Counted from the first letter of the stretch, positions 20,046 to 30,180 are shown. The stretch: DNA of 64,000 bases from Candidatus Binatia bacterium (GCA_963664395.2 OY761159.2:64001-128000), one strand, 5' to 3'. Notes: generated from the sequence alone by a model not told the origin. Program-made: numbers and translations.

Positions 20046-20909
20046 ATGAGCCAAATCCCCCCCTCCATCTCTGCGCAATTAGCGGGCATCCCGGTCGGCG
20101 ACACTCTGCCGGTCCGGATTATGGCCATTCTTAACGTCAGCCCTGAATCTTTTTACCCAGACTCAGTCCACACCAATCTTGAGCAGATAACGGAAACGGC
20201 ACATGCACTGGTAAGTGAGGGAGCTGATATCATTGATATTGGGGCTATGTCCACCGCCCCATACTTAAAAACAGATATTTCAATTGCACAAGAAACCGAG
20301 CGTTTAGCCCTGGCAATTGAAGCCGTTGCCGGTGCTGTTTCGGCTCCAATCTCAGCCGATACCAAGCGGGTCCAGCCGGCCCAAGCCGCCCTCAGTGCCG
20401 GCGCTCGGATTATCAACGATGTGAGTGGCTTAAAGAATGATCCGGCCATGGCTCCGCTTATTGCCCGTTTCGGCGCAGGCGCGATTCTTATGGCGAGTGA
20501 ACAGCATCCCCAGAGGGGATCGCCTTTGGAGCGAATCCGGAACGCACTGACGGAAAGTCTGACGCGTGCGGAGCACGCCGGAATTCCAGAGCAGCAGATC
20601 GTGCTTGACCCCGGGATTGGATTTTTTCGTGAGCCCGGGATTGCCTGGGATGAATGGGATTGCCTGGTTTTGCGAGCACTCGCAGACCTGCGGTCCTTGG
20701 GTTTTCCCCTCCTCGTGGGAGTGTCTCGCAAGTCCTTTATCGGCAAGATTCTCGATCAGCCCAAGGCCCACGATCGTCTCATTGGCTCGCTGACCTGTGC
20801 CGCCATTGCCGTGGCCAACGGGGCGCACATCATCCGCACCCATGATGTCAAAGAGACAATTGAAACGGTCCGCGTGGCAGAGCGGCTGCGCAGGCCGTTA
20901 GGGTGCTAG
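20046..20909 (+). CDS. folP: dihydropteroate synthase
   Basis: MAILNVSPESF, IIDIGAMST, INDVSG, DPGIGF, GVSRKSFIG, IRTHDV. Confidence 0.95.
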   Translation: MSQIPPSISAQLAGIPVGDTLPVRIMAILNVSPESFYPDSVHTNLEQITETAHALVSEGADIIDIGAMSTAPYLKTDISIAQETERLALAIEAVAGAVSAPISADTKRVQPAQAALSAGARIINDVSGLKNDPAMAPLIARFGAGAILMASEQHPQRGSPLERIRNALTESLTRAEHAGIPEQQIVLDPGIGFFREPGIAWDEWDCLVLRALADLRSLGFPLLVGVSRKSFIGKILDQPKAHDRLIGSLTCAAIAVANGAHIIRTHDVKETIETVRVAERLRRPLGC

Positions 20910-21572
20910 AGACTCACAAAAAGCGATCCGGTGAAGTGCCTGTACCGTTTCAACCAGAAACGTTGGTGGAAACGTCTCGAAACCCGCCCGTCCAAACCCC
21001 CACGTCACCCCGCAGGTGGCAATACCTGCGGCCCGCCCCGTGCGTATATCAATATCGGAGTCGCCGATCAGCAGCGTATCAGTTAAAGGGCAGTCAACCG
21101 TTTTGTGCAAAACAAAAACACCGCCCGGATCAGGTTTTCTCTTCGGCAAGGTGTCGCCGCCAATGACGACGCTAAAATAATCCGCAAGACCAAGGCCCGA
21201 CAGGATCGCTTGCGTGGGCTGTTCCGGTTTATTCGTCAACACAGACAAGCTCATCCCCCGGGTGCGGGCAGCCACGAGAAACGCTTCCATGCCTGGATAG
21301 GGTTTGGTCCGATCGAGCAGATGGGCATTGTAATAGTTCATGAAGAGAGCGAATCCGTCCGCAACAAGATCGGTCCTCTCTTGTCCCAGCGCCCGTTCGA
21401 TCAGTACACGTGCGCCGAGCCCGATAAAACTTTCGATTTGATCGACAGACAAGAGGGGGAGGCCCAACGCTCGCAGCATATAATTGGCTGCCGCCGCCAG
21501 GTCGGCTTTGGTATCAACCAGCGTCCCATCAAGATCGAAAATAAGGTGTGCGAAGCAGGGCATAGAAAGCAA
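20898..21572 (-). CDS. HAD-IA hydrolase (phosphoglycolate phosphatase-like)
   Basis: IFDLDGTLVD, LTNKP, KPDP, IGDS..D. Confidence 0.9.
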   Translation of the reverse strand: MLSMPCFAHLIFDLDGTLVDTKADLAAAANYMLRALGLPLLSVDQIESFIGLGARVLIERALGQERTDLVADGFALFMNYYNAHLLDRTKPYPGMEAFLVAARTRGMSLSVLTNKPEQPTQAILSGLGLADYFSVVIGGDTLPKRKPDPGGVFVLHKTVDCPLTDTLLIGDSDIDIRTGRAAGIATCGVTWGFGRAGFETFPPTFLVETVQALHRIAFCESLAP

Positions 21573-21626
21573 AAGGGCATGGAATGCTCCATGCCCTCAT
21601 GTTTTTCACATTTGGAAAGACAAGCG

Positions 21627-22052
21627 TTAGACAGAAAATGAAGACCCACAGCCGCAGGTACGGGTCGCATTCGGGTTCACAAACCTGAAGCCCGCCCCAT
21701 GCAGACCACTGACATAATCAAGCATGGTCCCATGCACATACTGGTGGCTGGTCGGATCAACAAAGAGTTTGACACCAGCCTGTTCGACAACGATGTCATC
21801 TTCCCGCGCAGTTGCATCAATACCGAGGCTATATTGGAATCCGGAACAGCCCCCACCCACAACCGAGATCCGCAACCCACCGTCTTCCATGCCTTCCTTG
21901 AGCATGGTTTCTCTCACTTTTTCTACTGCCAAGTCAGACAGGGACAGGGCAGGCCCATCAGATGCTGAAGCTGCCTCTTGCGGCGTATGGCTGGCCTGTT
22001 GGGATTGTTCGGCCTGTTGGGATTGTTGCATCTCTTGATCCAGATTTTCCAT
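21627..22052 (-). CDS. A-type Fe-S carrier (HesB/IscA/ErpA)
   Basis: GGGCSGFQY, NPNATRTCGCGSSF. Start set at ATG 22052 after a GAGGAGG RBS. Confidence 0.93.
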   Translation of the reverse strand: MENLDQEMQQSQQAEQSQQASHTPQEAASASDGPALSLSDLAVEKVRETMLKEGMEDGGLRISVVGGGCSGFQYSLGIDATAREDDIVVEQAGVKLFVDPTSHQYVHGTMLDYVSGLHGAGFRFVNPNATRTCGCGSSFSV

Positions 22053-22068
22053 ACCGGCCTCCTCAACG

Positions 22069-22120
22069 GAAGTTTCCGAATTGTTTGATGTTGTGAAGTT
22101 TCCGAATTGTTTGATGTTGT
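22069..22120. repeat. perfect 26-bp tandem duplication
   Basis: gaagtttccgaattgtttgatgttgt at 22069-22094 and 22095-22120. Confidence 0.9.
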
Positions 22121-22240
22121 TAAGAAGTCGTGTTCTCGACACGTGAGTTCAGGAGTAAGTCAAGACAGTTAAGAGGGTTACATAGATAGATAAGGCTTCT
22201 CTGTATCTGCGTCAATCCCTTTTGGCGTATTCTGCCCGTT

Positions 22241-23395
22241 TTGACTCTTGCTTTTGTATGCTACCACAAAGCCGTGTCACTCGAAAATGCGATTCAGGCC
22301 CAGGCGCGAGCGCTGGGCTTTCGCCTGTGCGGCTTCACCCGCCTATCGGTGCTGCCACGTGCATCATTTTTCACTACCTGGCTCGCCCAGGGGCATGCCG
22401 GAGAGATGCATTATTTAGCCAGGGAACCCCACAGACGCATTGATCCACATATTCCGTTTCCAGAAGCCCGCAGCGTCATTTGCCTGGGCTTCCCCTACTC
22501 TCCGCCCGTGCTGCCCAAGATAAACAAGATTAGTTGGCAAAACGAGCTACGTGGCCGCATGGCCGCCTATGCGGCTGGAGCGGATTATCATGATGTCATT
22601 AAAAAAAGGCTGGGGCAGTTGATTGCCTTTCTGAAAGATCAGCAGCCTGGGCTCTGGGCGCGGCCCTATGTGGACACTGGCCCTCTGCTGGAACGCGACT
22701 GGGCGTATCGCAGCGGCCTGGGCTGGTTCGGCAAAAACACCATGCTGCTGCATAAAGCCATGGGTTCGTGGTTTTTTCTGGCCGAGGTTCTTGTCAGCCT
22801 GGACCTTGAGGGTGAAGGCATACCGAGCGCCCATTGCGGCACCTGTACCCGGTGTATAGATGACTGTCCGACCGACGCGCTGGCTGCGGGCTATGTCCTC
22901 AAGTCGCCGCTGTGCATCTCCTATCTGACCATCGAACATCGCGGTCCAATTCCGCACGCGCTACGCCCCAAGCTCGGAAACTGGATTTTCGGGTGCGACA
23001 TCTGCCAGGAGGTCTGTCCGTGGAATGACAAATTCGGCCAGCCCCGCCAAGACCTGACGGACGAGTTGTTTCCGTCCCTGCCCGAACTGTTACGGCTGGA
23101 CGAGGATGGCTTTCGGGCCCGTTTCCGGCGCTCCGCGGTATGGCGCACCAAGCGCCGCGGTTTGCTGCGTAATGTCGCCGTCGCTCTGGGCAACAGCGAC
23201 AATCCCGCCGCGGTCGGTCCGCTGCAAGCAGCTCTCCACGATCCCGAACCCCTGATCCGAGGTCATGCGGCCTGGGCGCTGGGCCGCCTGGCGCAAACGA
23301 CCAGTCTCAAGACCGCCCTGGACCGCGAACGAGACGCCTACGTCCGCCAGGAATTTCTGGTGGCCCTCGGCGAGCAGCCGGCGCCTGAGCCGTGA
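22241..23395 (+). CDS. queG: epoxyqueuosine reductase
   Basis: DYH, VDTGP.LER, GWFGKN, CGTCTRCIDDCPT, CISYLTIE, FGCDICQEVCPWN and a HEAT tail. True start probably the GTG near 22275. Confidence 0.95.
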   Translation: MTLAFVCYHKAVSLENAIQAQARALGFRLCGFTRLSVLPRASFFTTWLAQGHAGEMHYLAREPHRRIDPHIPFPEARSVICLGFPYSPPVLPKINKISWQNELRGRMAAYAAGADYHDVIKKRLGQLIAFLKDQQPGLWARPYVDTGPLLERDWAYRSGLGWFGKNTMLLHKAMGSWFFLAEVLVSLDLEGEGIPSAHCGTCTRCIDDCPTDALAAGYVLKSPLCISYLTIEHRGPIPHALRPKLGNWIFGCDICQEVCPWNDKFGQPRQDLTDELFPSLPELLRLDEDGFRARFRRSAVWRTKRRGLLRNVAVALGNSDNPAAVGPLQAALHDPEPLIRGHAAWALGRLAQTTSLKTALDRERDAYVRQEFLVALGEQPAPEP

Positions 23396-23425
23396 GGTTC
23401 AGAGGCCGGGGACAAGGGAGCGCGC

Positions 23426-24475
23426 TTACAAGAGGTCGAGAATAGTCCAACTTCCATCGGCATTCTTGGCGGCAAAAGCGCGGATTTCGATAACATCGTC
23501 GATCTTGTCAAGAGCCTTTTGGAAAGCCTTACCAGTATCAAAGCACGCATCAATGCCCTTATCATCCACTAGAGGCACATCCACCTCGGCCTCGATACAC
23601 CCTCGTCCGCTGGCTTCAACAGAAAAAGTAAAGTCAATATCGCCAAAGGGAATATCTACAGAGCCACTGCACTTCGCTCCCGGCTTCACCCTTAAGTCAA
23701 TAACGCACTCCCCAAGATCAACAAGTGGGAAGCGATCAATGGTCCAACTCCCATCCTCATTCCTGATGACAGAAACCCCGATCTTACGCAGAACATCCGG
23801 CAGGCGGGCCGAATAGCAATAATTGAATGCAGGAATGCCGCTGATGCTTATGCACCCCCGGCCCTCAGCCTCAACAGAAAAAGCAAAGCCGGTGCTGACC
23901 TCACCCAGGCGGGAGGTCTCAAGCTCAAGAAATATGGAGCCACGGCACGTCTCTCCCGGATTCATCGTGAGCGTCTCTCTACATGCCGGTTCCCGCGAGC
24001 CCGCTTCCAGATGCTGAGTCGCCTGATTCCACTTAAAGGTCGTGGTCTCACCGGCATGAGGAAAGTCCGGGACACTGACCTGGATGCTCGCTCCTGTCAA
24101 GAACTCCGTCCCGAGGGTGGTTACCGTGAACGTACTCTCGGCAAACTTCACACCATTATCGTAGGCCACCGCGGTGTGTTCTCCATCACCCAAGTTCCCC
24201 CAGTTCGTGTAGCTGAAAAATCCATTATTCCCATCATTGTCACAGACCCCGCTGGTGTCTGCACGGGGCAACCCATACGTCGCGGGAATAGACTCTCCAG
24301 CGTTGAGTCTGATGGTGATGTCCCCCTCGGCCTCACACTTCCAGCCCGAGATAACCCCGATACCCGACACGGTGGTCCCGTTGCCGGGAATCTCAAGGAC
24401 ACCGGTGAGTTGGGCGTGCGCCAGAGACGGAACCAAGACTATGAGCCCAAGGCAAAGGCGAAGCAGGAAAGACAT
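23426..24475 (-). CDS. secreted protein: signal peptide + 'LENP'-type domain + two Cys-rich repeats
   Basis: Signal peptide MSFLLRLCLGLIVLVPSLAHA. LEIPG..SGIGVISGWKC..NWGNLGDGEH..TTLGTEFL..WNQ matches the domain at 46.5-49.8 kb. Two repeats end in N.DGSWTI. Confidence 0.75.
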   Translation of the reverse strand: MSFLLRLCLGLIVLVPSLAHAQLTGVLEIPGNGTTVSGIGVISGWKCEAEGDITIRLNAGESIPATYGLPRADTSGVCDNDGNNGFFSYTNWGNLGDGEHTAVAYDNGVKFAESTFTVTTLGTEFLTGASIQVSVPDFPHAGETTTFKWNQATQHLEAGSREPACRETLTMNPGETCRGSIFLELETSRLGEVSTGFAFSVEAEGRGCISISGIPAFNYCYSARLPDVLRKIGVSVIRNEDGSWTIDRFPLVDLGECVIDLRVKPGAKCSGSVDIPFGDIDFTFSVEASGRGCIEAEVDVPLVDDKGIDACFDTGKAFQKALDKIDDVIEIRAFAAKNADGSWTILDLL

Positions 24476-24562
24476 CAGCATCTCCTCATAGGAACGTGAG
24501 AATAGTACGGGCACGTTGTATCTTTTCGATAGGGAGGACACAAGCTTGACGTTCCCTTGGCT

Positions 24563-26299
24563 TTACGCGGTCAGAAACGCGATGCCGGTCCAGCAGACGG
24601 CCGCCAGACCGGCGGCAACCGAGGCTTGCGGGAGCTGCGTCTTAACGTGGTCCATCAGGTCGCAGCCGGTGCACATGGCGCTCAGGACGGTCGTATCCGA
24701 GATCGGCGAGCACTGGTCGCCATAGACGCTACCGTCCATCACCGCGGCAAAGCACAGCGTCATGAACAGCTCGGGGTGGGCGAGACCGTGTGCCCCGGCA
24801 ATAGCCCAGGCGAGCGGCATGGCAAGCGGAAACGCCACCGCATAGGTGCCCCAGCTCGTCCCGGTGGAAAAGGCAATAATCATGGTCAGGAGCTGAAGCA
24901 GGACCGGCAGGAGGAAGTAGGGAATGCTCTCGCCGAGCAGGTCAACCAGAAAGACCGCCCCCCCGGTTTGGGTGTTGACACCGCCGATCGTGATGGCCAG
25001 CAGCAGGATAACAGAGCCGAGCACGACGCCCCGGATGCCATCGTGAAACCCGGCCATGAGTTCCTTGAGCGCCATGCCCTTGGCCAGCGCTATGCCCACA
25101 GCCAGGAGGAGGGCAGCCCCAAACGCCCAGTGCACATTGGGCGAGCCAGTCACCACAAAGGTGCCTATGGCAATGCCAATCAGCGTGCCCAGCGGCAGGA
25201 AGAACTCCAGCACGTGCGGCGTATAGCCCGCGGGCACGTTGCTGGTCTGCAATTCTCTGGCGCTCAGCGGTTCGGCCCCGTCCGCGTCGAGTTGACCGGT
25301 AGTACGGGAACGGTCTATGGCCGCAGCCAGTCGCTTGCCCAGGAAAAGGGGCTTTTCAATGCCGAGCAAAAACGTGCCGAGGACGGCGAAAATGGCATAG
25401 AAACAAAACGGGACGCTCTGAAAGAAAAAGCTGATGCGGTCCGCTTCGGTCGCCAGAAAACTGACTCCGGAGACAAAGATGAACGCCTGCACATAGCCCG
25501 GCCAGGCGTTGAACGCGAGTTGTGAGGCAATGGGCGAGGCGGTCGAATCGACAATATAGGCCAGTTCTTCGTGGCTCACATTTTCCCGGTCGGCAATCGG
25601 CTTGACCGTGGTGCCGACCAGCACGGTGCTCATGGTCCCGCCCTGAAAAAATATAACGCCCAGCATCCAGGCCACCAGCTTGGCCGTCTTGGGGCCACGC
25701 ACGAAACGCGCGGTCATGAACTCGGCGAAAGCCTGCGCCGCGCCGGTCCGCGACCAGACCCCCATCAGCCCACCGAGCAGCCACAAATAGAGCAACAGAA
25801 TGCCGGCCACATTGGTCGTGGCCAGGGCGGGAATCAGCACCTGGCCCGTCAGGTCGTACTGACCCAGAATCAGCGCCCCGGAGACAATGCCGCCCAGCAG
25901 CGCGGGGACGGGTTCTCTGGTAACCCAACACAGCAGCACGGCCACAATCGCGGGCAATAATGACCAATAGCCCCAGTGATACTGAGCGGTGAGCCGGTAA
26001 TAGACGCGCGTGGCTTGTCCGTCGCGCGTGACGGTGGCCGTAACAAATTCCTCCGTCACCGCCGGCGCGACGTTCGAGCCGTCGACCCGATCCGGGTTGA
26101 GTTCTGCCCGTTCAATGGGAACCGGCTCGAAATACACCGGCTCACCCCGGGCGATGTAGTACACATGCCCGTCGCCGTCCGTGCGGACGTCCAGCACGGC
26201 CTGGCTCACCGTCCAGGTTGGCGGCACGACTGCACCGACAACCCAAGAGAGAATCAGGGCACCGGAAAAAATGAAAAAATTAAGCAAGTGGGCAGGCAT
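24563..26299 (-). CDS. Na+/H+ antiporter NhaC-family transporter
   Basis: WSLLPA, ELAYIVDSTASP, FSTGTSWGT, GDQCSPISDTTVLS..CDLMDHVKTQLP. Confidence 0.92.
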   Translation of the reverse strand: MPAHLLNFFIFSGALILSWVVGAVVPPTWTVSQAVLDVRTDGDGHVYYIARGEPVYFEPVPIERAELNPDRVDGSNVAPAVTEEFVTATVTRDGQATRVYYRLTAQYHWGYWSLLPAIVAVLLCWVTREPVPALLGGIVSGALILGQYDLTGQVLIPALATTNVAGILLLYLWLLGGLMGVWSRTGAAQAFAEFMTARFVRGPKTAKLVAWMLGVIFFQGGTMSTVLVGTTVKPIADRENVSHEELAYIVDSTASPIASQLAFNAWPGYVQAFIFVSGVSFLATEADRISFFFQSVPFCFYAIFAVLGTFLLGIEKPLFLGKRLAAAIDRSRTTGQLDADGAEPLSARELQTSNVPAGYTPHVLEFFLPLGTLIGIAIGTFVVTGSPNVHWAFGAALLLAVGIALAKGMALKELMAGFHDGIRGVVLGSVILLLAITIGGVNTQTGGAVFLVDLLGESIPYFLLPVLLQLLTMIIAFSTGTSWGTYAVAFPLAMPLAWAIAGAHGLAHPELFMTLCFAAVMDGSVYGDQCSPISDTTVLSAMCTGCDLMDHVKTQLPQASVAAGLAAVCWTGIAFLTA

Positions 26300-26344
26300 C
26301 TGTTTTCTCCAATGGGGCTCGGTGAGGTAAAGAATCGCTCGGGG

Positions 26345-26445
26345 TAGCGCTAGTTCAGTGAATAGGCTTTCCGGTGTTTACACCCTCTCCCTCTGGGAGA
26401 GGGTGGCCGAAGGCCGGGTGAGGGATTTCCAGCTTAGTAGCGCTA
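26345..26445. repeat. REP/MITE-like element bounded by TAGCGCTA palindromes
   Basis: Core ccctctccctctgggagagggtggccgaaggccgggtgaggg (26383-26424), with gtagcgcta on both sides. Confidence 0.55.
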
Positions 26446-26463
26446 TACGGTTAGAAACACAAC

Positions 26464-26718
26464 TTACGCGGAGTCCTTGGATTCTGGAGAATCGTCGTTG
26501 GGTCTCTTCGCCGCCTGTTCCGTAGGAGCCTCTTGCTCGGCTATCATCTCTTCGAGCTCTTGGTGTACCTCCTTGGTCGTCATCGTCTCAACTCTTAATC
26601 GGTCGGAGCTAGAGACCTTCCGGAAGTGCTTTTCTATTTCCTTTAACACGTTCACAAGGTCCGTCTCGATTTTCGGCGGCGGTGGTGAGGAGAAACCTAA
26701 GAACTGCGATATGTCCAA
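26464..26718 (-). CDS. small hypothetical protein, possibly a gene remnant
   Basis: 84-aa ORF with a TTG start directly downstream of the RM gene; no recognisable motif. Confidence 0.3.
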   Translation of the reverse strand: MDISQFLGFSSPPPPKIETDLVNVLKEIEKHFRKVSSSDRLRVETMTTKEVHQELEEMIAEQEAPTEQAAKRPNDDSPESKDSA

Positions 26719-26747
26719 TTTGACTGTTTTTTTGTACGCCTTACCGT

Positions 26748-29582
26748 TTACGACTTACGCAAATTTAACCCCAATAACTCCCGCAACGCTTCATCGTCAG
26801 AAATATCCGCGTCCCAGCCGTAGGCCGCCGCCACGGCGGCATCAAGGCTTGCGTGGGCATCAGCCAACCATTGCGGGCGGGCATTGTAGAGGTTGGTCAG
26901 GGTACGTTTCTTGAGTTCTTTCGCCGCGTCCTCGTTGCGAGGAACCGGGCGTTTGGGATAGCCGGAGACTGGCTCGTCTACCCACTCCACCCATTCGGGC
27001 GGGTTGAGCCAACGGTCGCGGAGTTCGACCAGCCGCCGGGCGGCCTCGGCAATGGCAACAGCATGCGGATTATCGGCATAGTCGGTAGCGGGGATGTCCG
27101 GCGTTAGTTCATCTGGAAAAGGGAACGTCGCGAAGGTCGTGGTCGGTGTGTAGCGCGGACGGTCTTCCAAGCTCGTACCAAGCCGCAATGACCATGCTTC
27201 ATGAAAGCGGCTATGCAGAATACCAAAGGCCGTGTCGTCGTCGCGGGCGATGACGATCAGCTGACAGTCGGGGCAGATACGGGCGTCGCACCAGACGAAC
27301 AACCGGTGCTTGGCAACGCGCGGCGTGGCGATGTAGCGCGACAGGCCCTTTAGCGCCCGCCACATCTCCGGGCGAGGGCACCAATGTTGCCACCACACCT
27401 CTTGGATACCTTTTACTTTACTTTTTTGCCGCATGGGCCAAACATGGTCTTGGACATAAGCAAAAGGTATTTCGTAGAGCGCGGCTTCGGCCTCGCTCAT
27501 TGTATCTCCGAAATCGACGATCCATTTCCCTGCCGGACGCCGGGTCACAGCCATTCCATTGACCCAGGGCTTGAGCACATCAGCATTCGGGCGACCATTG
27601 GGATTGGCCGGTAGGCGAAGCCACTCTCGGGCCGTGTCACCGGGAATGTCGAAGGGACCGGACTTTTGGTCGCCAACGAACGCGACACTACGATTTGTCA
27701 GCAACTTCCCGGCTTTGGTGAGATCGGCCTTTCCTGCGGTGAGATCCGCAGCAATTTGTGTTGACTCCTCATCGTTGAGGTACACGGGGAGACCGGCTTC
27801 CTCATGTCCAAAGCAAACAAGCGAGACCCGCACTGAAGCACCATCAACCATCCACGGCTCGTCCGACCAAGCATCAAAGATCACCGACCGCTTGACGATA
27901 CTGTCGAGTACGGTACGGTTGCTGCCACCTCGAATGGAGTTGGTAGCGACGAGCCCCGCTCGCCCGACTTTGCCCTGAACAACCAGGTCCGCCGCTTTGT
28001 GGAACCAGTAGCAGACCAGATCGGTGAATGCAGGAAGCGAACCTTTGTAAGCCTTGCGCAACGCCGCGGTGTACTCCCCACCGAGGCCACTAAGCAAAAG
28101 CTTACCTCCCAAAAACGGCGGATTGCCGATTACTACATCGGCCTCGGGCCACTGGGGCTCCTCCCTTTCCGGGGTCAGGATGGCGTCTCGGCACTCGATG
28201 GTATCGAGCGGCTTCAGGATGGGATCGCGGGATTCGTTGAAGCCGTTGCGCCGCATCCACTGTATTTCGCCAATCCACACCGAGACGCGGGCCAACTCCG
28301 CAGCGTAGGCGTTGATCTCAATGCCCTTGACGTTGGCCGGGCCGATGGTGGGAAATTCTCTCTCTAAGCCCAGCGCTTCAGCTTCCAACTGTACCCGATG
28401 CTCCAGGTCCTTGAGGGCATGTAGGGCCAGATACAGAAAGTTGCCCGACCCGCAGGCAGGATCAAGCACCGTAAAGGCGCGCAGCCGCTCAAGGAACTTG
28501 CCTAACAGGCGCTCGGCTTCGGCCCGGCGGCGTGTGCGTGTGGCTGGGGCCTTGGCCGTCTCCGCTTTTTCCAGGACAGCGGCGATCTCGGCCTTGGCCG
28601 TCTCCCATTCGGTCAACCAGGGGCGAATGATTACCGGCTCGACAATCAGCATGATCTTATCGCGGTCGGTGTAATGCGCGCCCAGTTGCGAGCGTTTGTC
28701 CGGGTCAAGCCCGCGCTCGAACAGCGTGCCCAGGATCGAAGGATCAATCTCCGACCAGTCGAGTGCCGCCGCCGCGAGCACGGAGGCAATATCGGTTTGT
28801 TCTAACGGCAAGGCCGTGTCGTCGTCGAACAACCCGCCGTTGAACCACGCCACTGCCTCGAAACCCACATCGCCGCCCGTGGACATCGCGCCAAACAGGC
28901 GCGATGCATACTCGACAAACTGATCCGGCTTGAGCCGGCTGTGTTCGAGCATCCCGGTGAACATGTTGCCGGGCAACAGGCCCACATCCTCCGCGAACAT
29001 GCAGAAGACGAGACGGTTGACGAAATGCGCGACCTCCTGCGGGTCGCGGCCACGCTCTCGCAGGGTGTGGGCCAGTGCGGCGAAGGTGGTCGCCGCCCGC
29101 TCGGTGAGTGCCTGCCGGGTGTCTTCCGGCCGCAGCCGTTCGGGGTCGGCCATCGCCCATTTGAGTTGGTCGCGGATAGCTGCATCCGCGAGATCGTCCA
29201 GCCTGAATTCGTAGATTTTGCTGACGCTGTTGGTCCAGTTGGTGTGGATGCGGAACCGGGCCATGTCCGAGACGATCAGCAGCGGCGGGTTTTCCAAGGC
29301 GAGTGTGTATTGGCGCAACTGCCTGAAGGCGGCGTCGAGGTTGGCCCGCTTGCCCTTGTACTCCCAGGCGAAGTGATGGCGTTTCCAGACATCGGCCCAC
29401 CCGTCGCCGCCGGTGTCCTTGCGGGCGCCGCGCTCGAAGCAGTACCGCTCCCCTTTTGGATCAGCTTCGGCGGGCGTCGGCTCACCGAGCAGCCGGCACA
29501 GGTCGAGAAAGTGCTCCTGTGACGACGCACTCTCTTTGAGTTCGGAGGCTCGCCACTTGGTGATGAATTCTGTCGGCGTCAT
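26748..29582 (-). CDS. MmeI-like Type IIL/IIG restriction-modification enzyme (nuclease + m6A MTase + TRD)
   Basis: N-terminal PD-(D/E)xK-like ADVWK...WEYK, GAHYT, DPACGSGNFL, GNPPF, VATNSIRGG, C-terminal RTLTNLYN.RP.WL..AH..LD.AVAAAYGW. Confidence 0.92.
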   Translation of the reverse strand: MTPTEFITKWRASELKESASSQEHFLDLCRLLGEPTPAEADPKGERYCFERGARKDTGGDGWADVWKRHHFAWEYKGKRANLDAAFRQLRQYTLALENPPLLIVSDMARFRIHTNWTNSVSKIYEFRLDDLADAAIRDQLKWAMADPERLRPEDTRQALTERAATTFAALAHTLRERGRDPQEVAHFVNRLVFCMFAEDVGLLPGNMFTGMLEHSRLKPDQFVEYASRLFGAMSTGGDVGFEAVAWFNGGLFDDDTALPLEQTDIASVLAAAALDWSEIDPSILGTLFERGLDPDKRSQLGAHYTDRDKIMLIVEPVIIRPWLTEWETAKAEIAAVLEKAETAKAPATRTRRRAEAERLLGKFLERLRAFTVLDPACGSGNFLYLALHALKDLEHRVQLEAEALGLEREFPTIGPANVKGIEINAYAAELARVSVWIGEIQWMRRNGFNESRDPILKPLDTIECRDAILTPEREEPQWPEADVVIGNPPFLGGKLLLSGLGGEYTAALRKAYKGSLPAFTDLVCYWFHKAADLVVQGKVGRAGLVATNSIRGGSNRTVLDSIVKRSVIFDAWSDEPWMVDGASVRVSLVCFGHEEAGLPVYLNDEESTQIAADLTAGKADLTKAGKLLTNRSVAFVGDQKSGPFDIPGDTAREWLRLPANPNGRPNADVLKPWVNGMAVTRRPAGKWIVDFGDTMSEAEAALYEIPFAYVQDHVWPMRQKSKVKGIQEVWWQHWCPRPEMWRALKGLSRYIATPRVAKHRLFVWCDARICPDCQLIVIARDDDTAFGILHSRFHEAWSLRLGTSLEDRPRYTPTTTFATFPFPDELTPDIPATDYADNPHAVAIAEAARRLVELRDRWLNPPEWVEWVDEPVSGYPKRPVPRNEDAAKELKKRTLTNLYNARPQWLADAHASLDAAVAAAYGWDADISDDEALRELLGLNLRKS

Positions 29583-29625
29583 GGCCTTATGAGGAAGGGA
29601 TACGAGAGTTCGGGCTGGGGCTCGC

Positions 29626-30180
29626 TCAGCCCACTTTCAACTTATCTCCGCCGGCCTCACCTCCGCCTGATGCAACCTGGTCGCGCATTTTGGAGCCTTG
29701 TTCGTAGAAGCGCGTGGCCCAGATGCCGCTGAACGGTTCGTCCTCGCCGGGCATACGCCAGGTCATGACCTTGGCCGATTCCAGCGCGACACCGATCAGG
29801 GCGCGGGGCTGGTCGTGGGTCTCGGTCAGATAATAGTCGCCGGAGGTTTCGTCCACGTAGCGCAGGGTGATGCGGCGGTAGATGTCCCGCCATTCGTCGT
29901 CGTGGCCGAGTGGATACAGAATCTCGGCTTTGCCCTCGACCAGCACTTTGCGATACACACCTTCTTCTTCATCAATCGTAATGGCAACTCGCGCGTCCTT
30001 CTGGATGTTGGTCCAAAAGGCTGAGTATTTGCGCGGGGTGATGATGATTTTTCCGTCCTCGTATACAAACCATACCGGCACCACGCTGGGGCTGCCGTCT
30101 GCCTGAAGGGTGGCAATCCGGGCCAGATGGCCGCGCTCCTGGAGAAATGCGTCCCGTTCTTCAACTGATAATTTTGGCAT
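29626..30180 (-). CDS. pyridoxamine 5'-phosphate oxidase-like (flavin/F420-binding) protein
   Basis: ARIATLQADGSPSVVPVWF, NIQKDARVAITID, VLVEGKAE. Start set at ATG 30180. Confidence 0.85.
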   Translation of the reverse strand: MPKLSVEERDAFLQERGHLARIATLQADGSPSVVPVWFVYEDGKIIITPRKYSAFWTNIQKDARVAITIDEEEGVYRKVLVEGKAEILYPLGHDDEWRDIYRRITLRYVDETSGDYYLTETHDQPRALIGVALESAKVMTWRMPGEDEPFSGIWATRFYEQGSKMRDQVASGGGEAGGDKLKVG

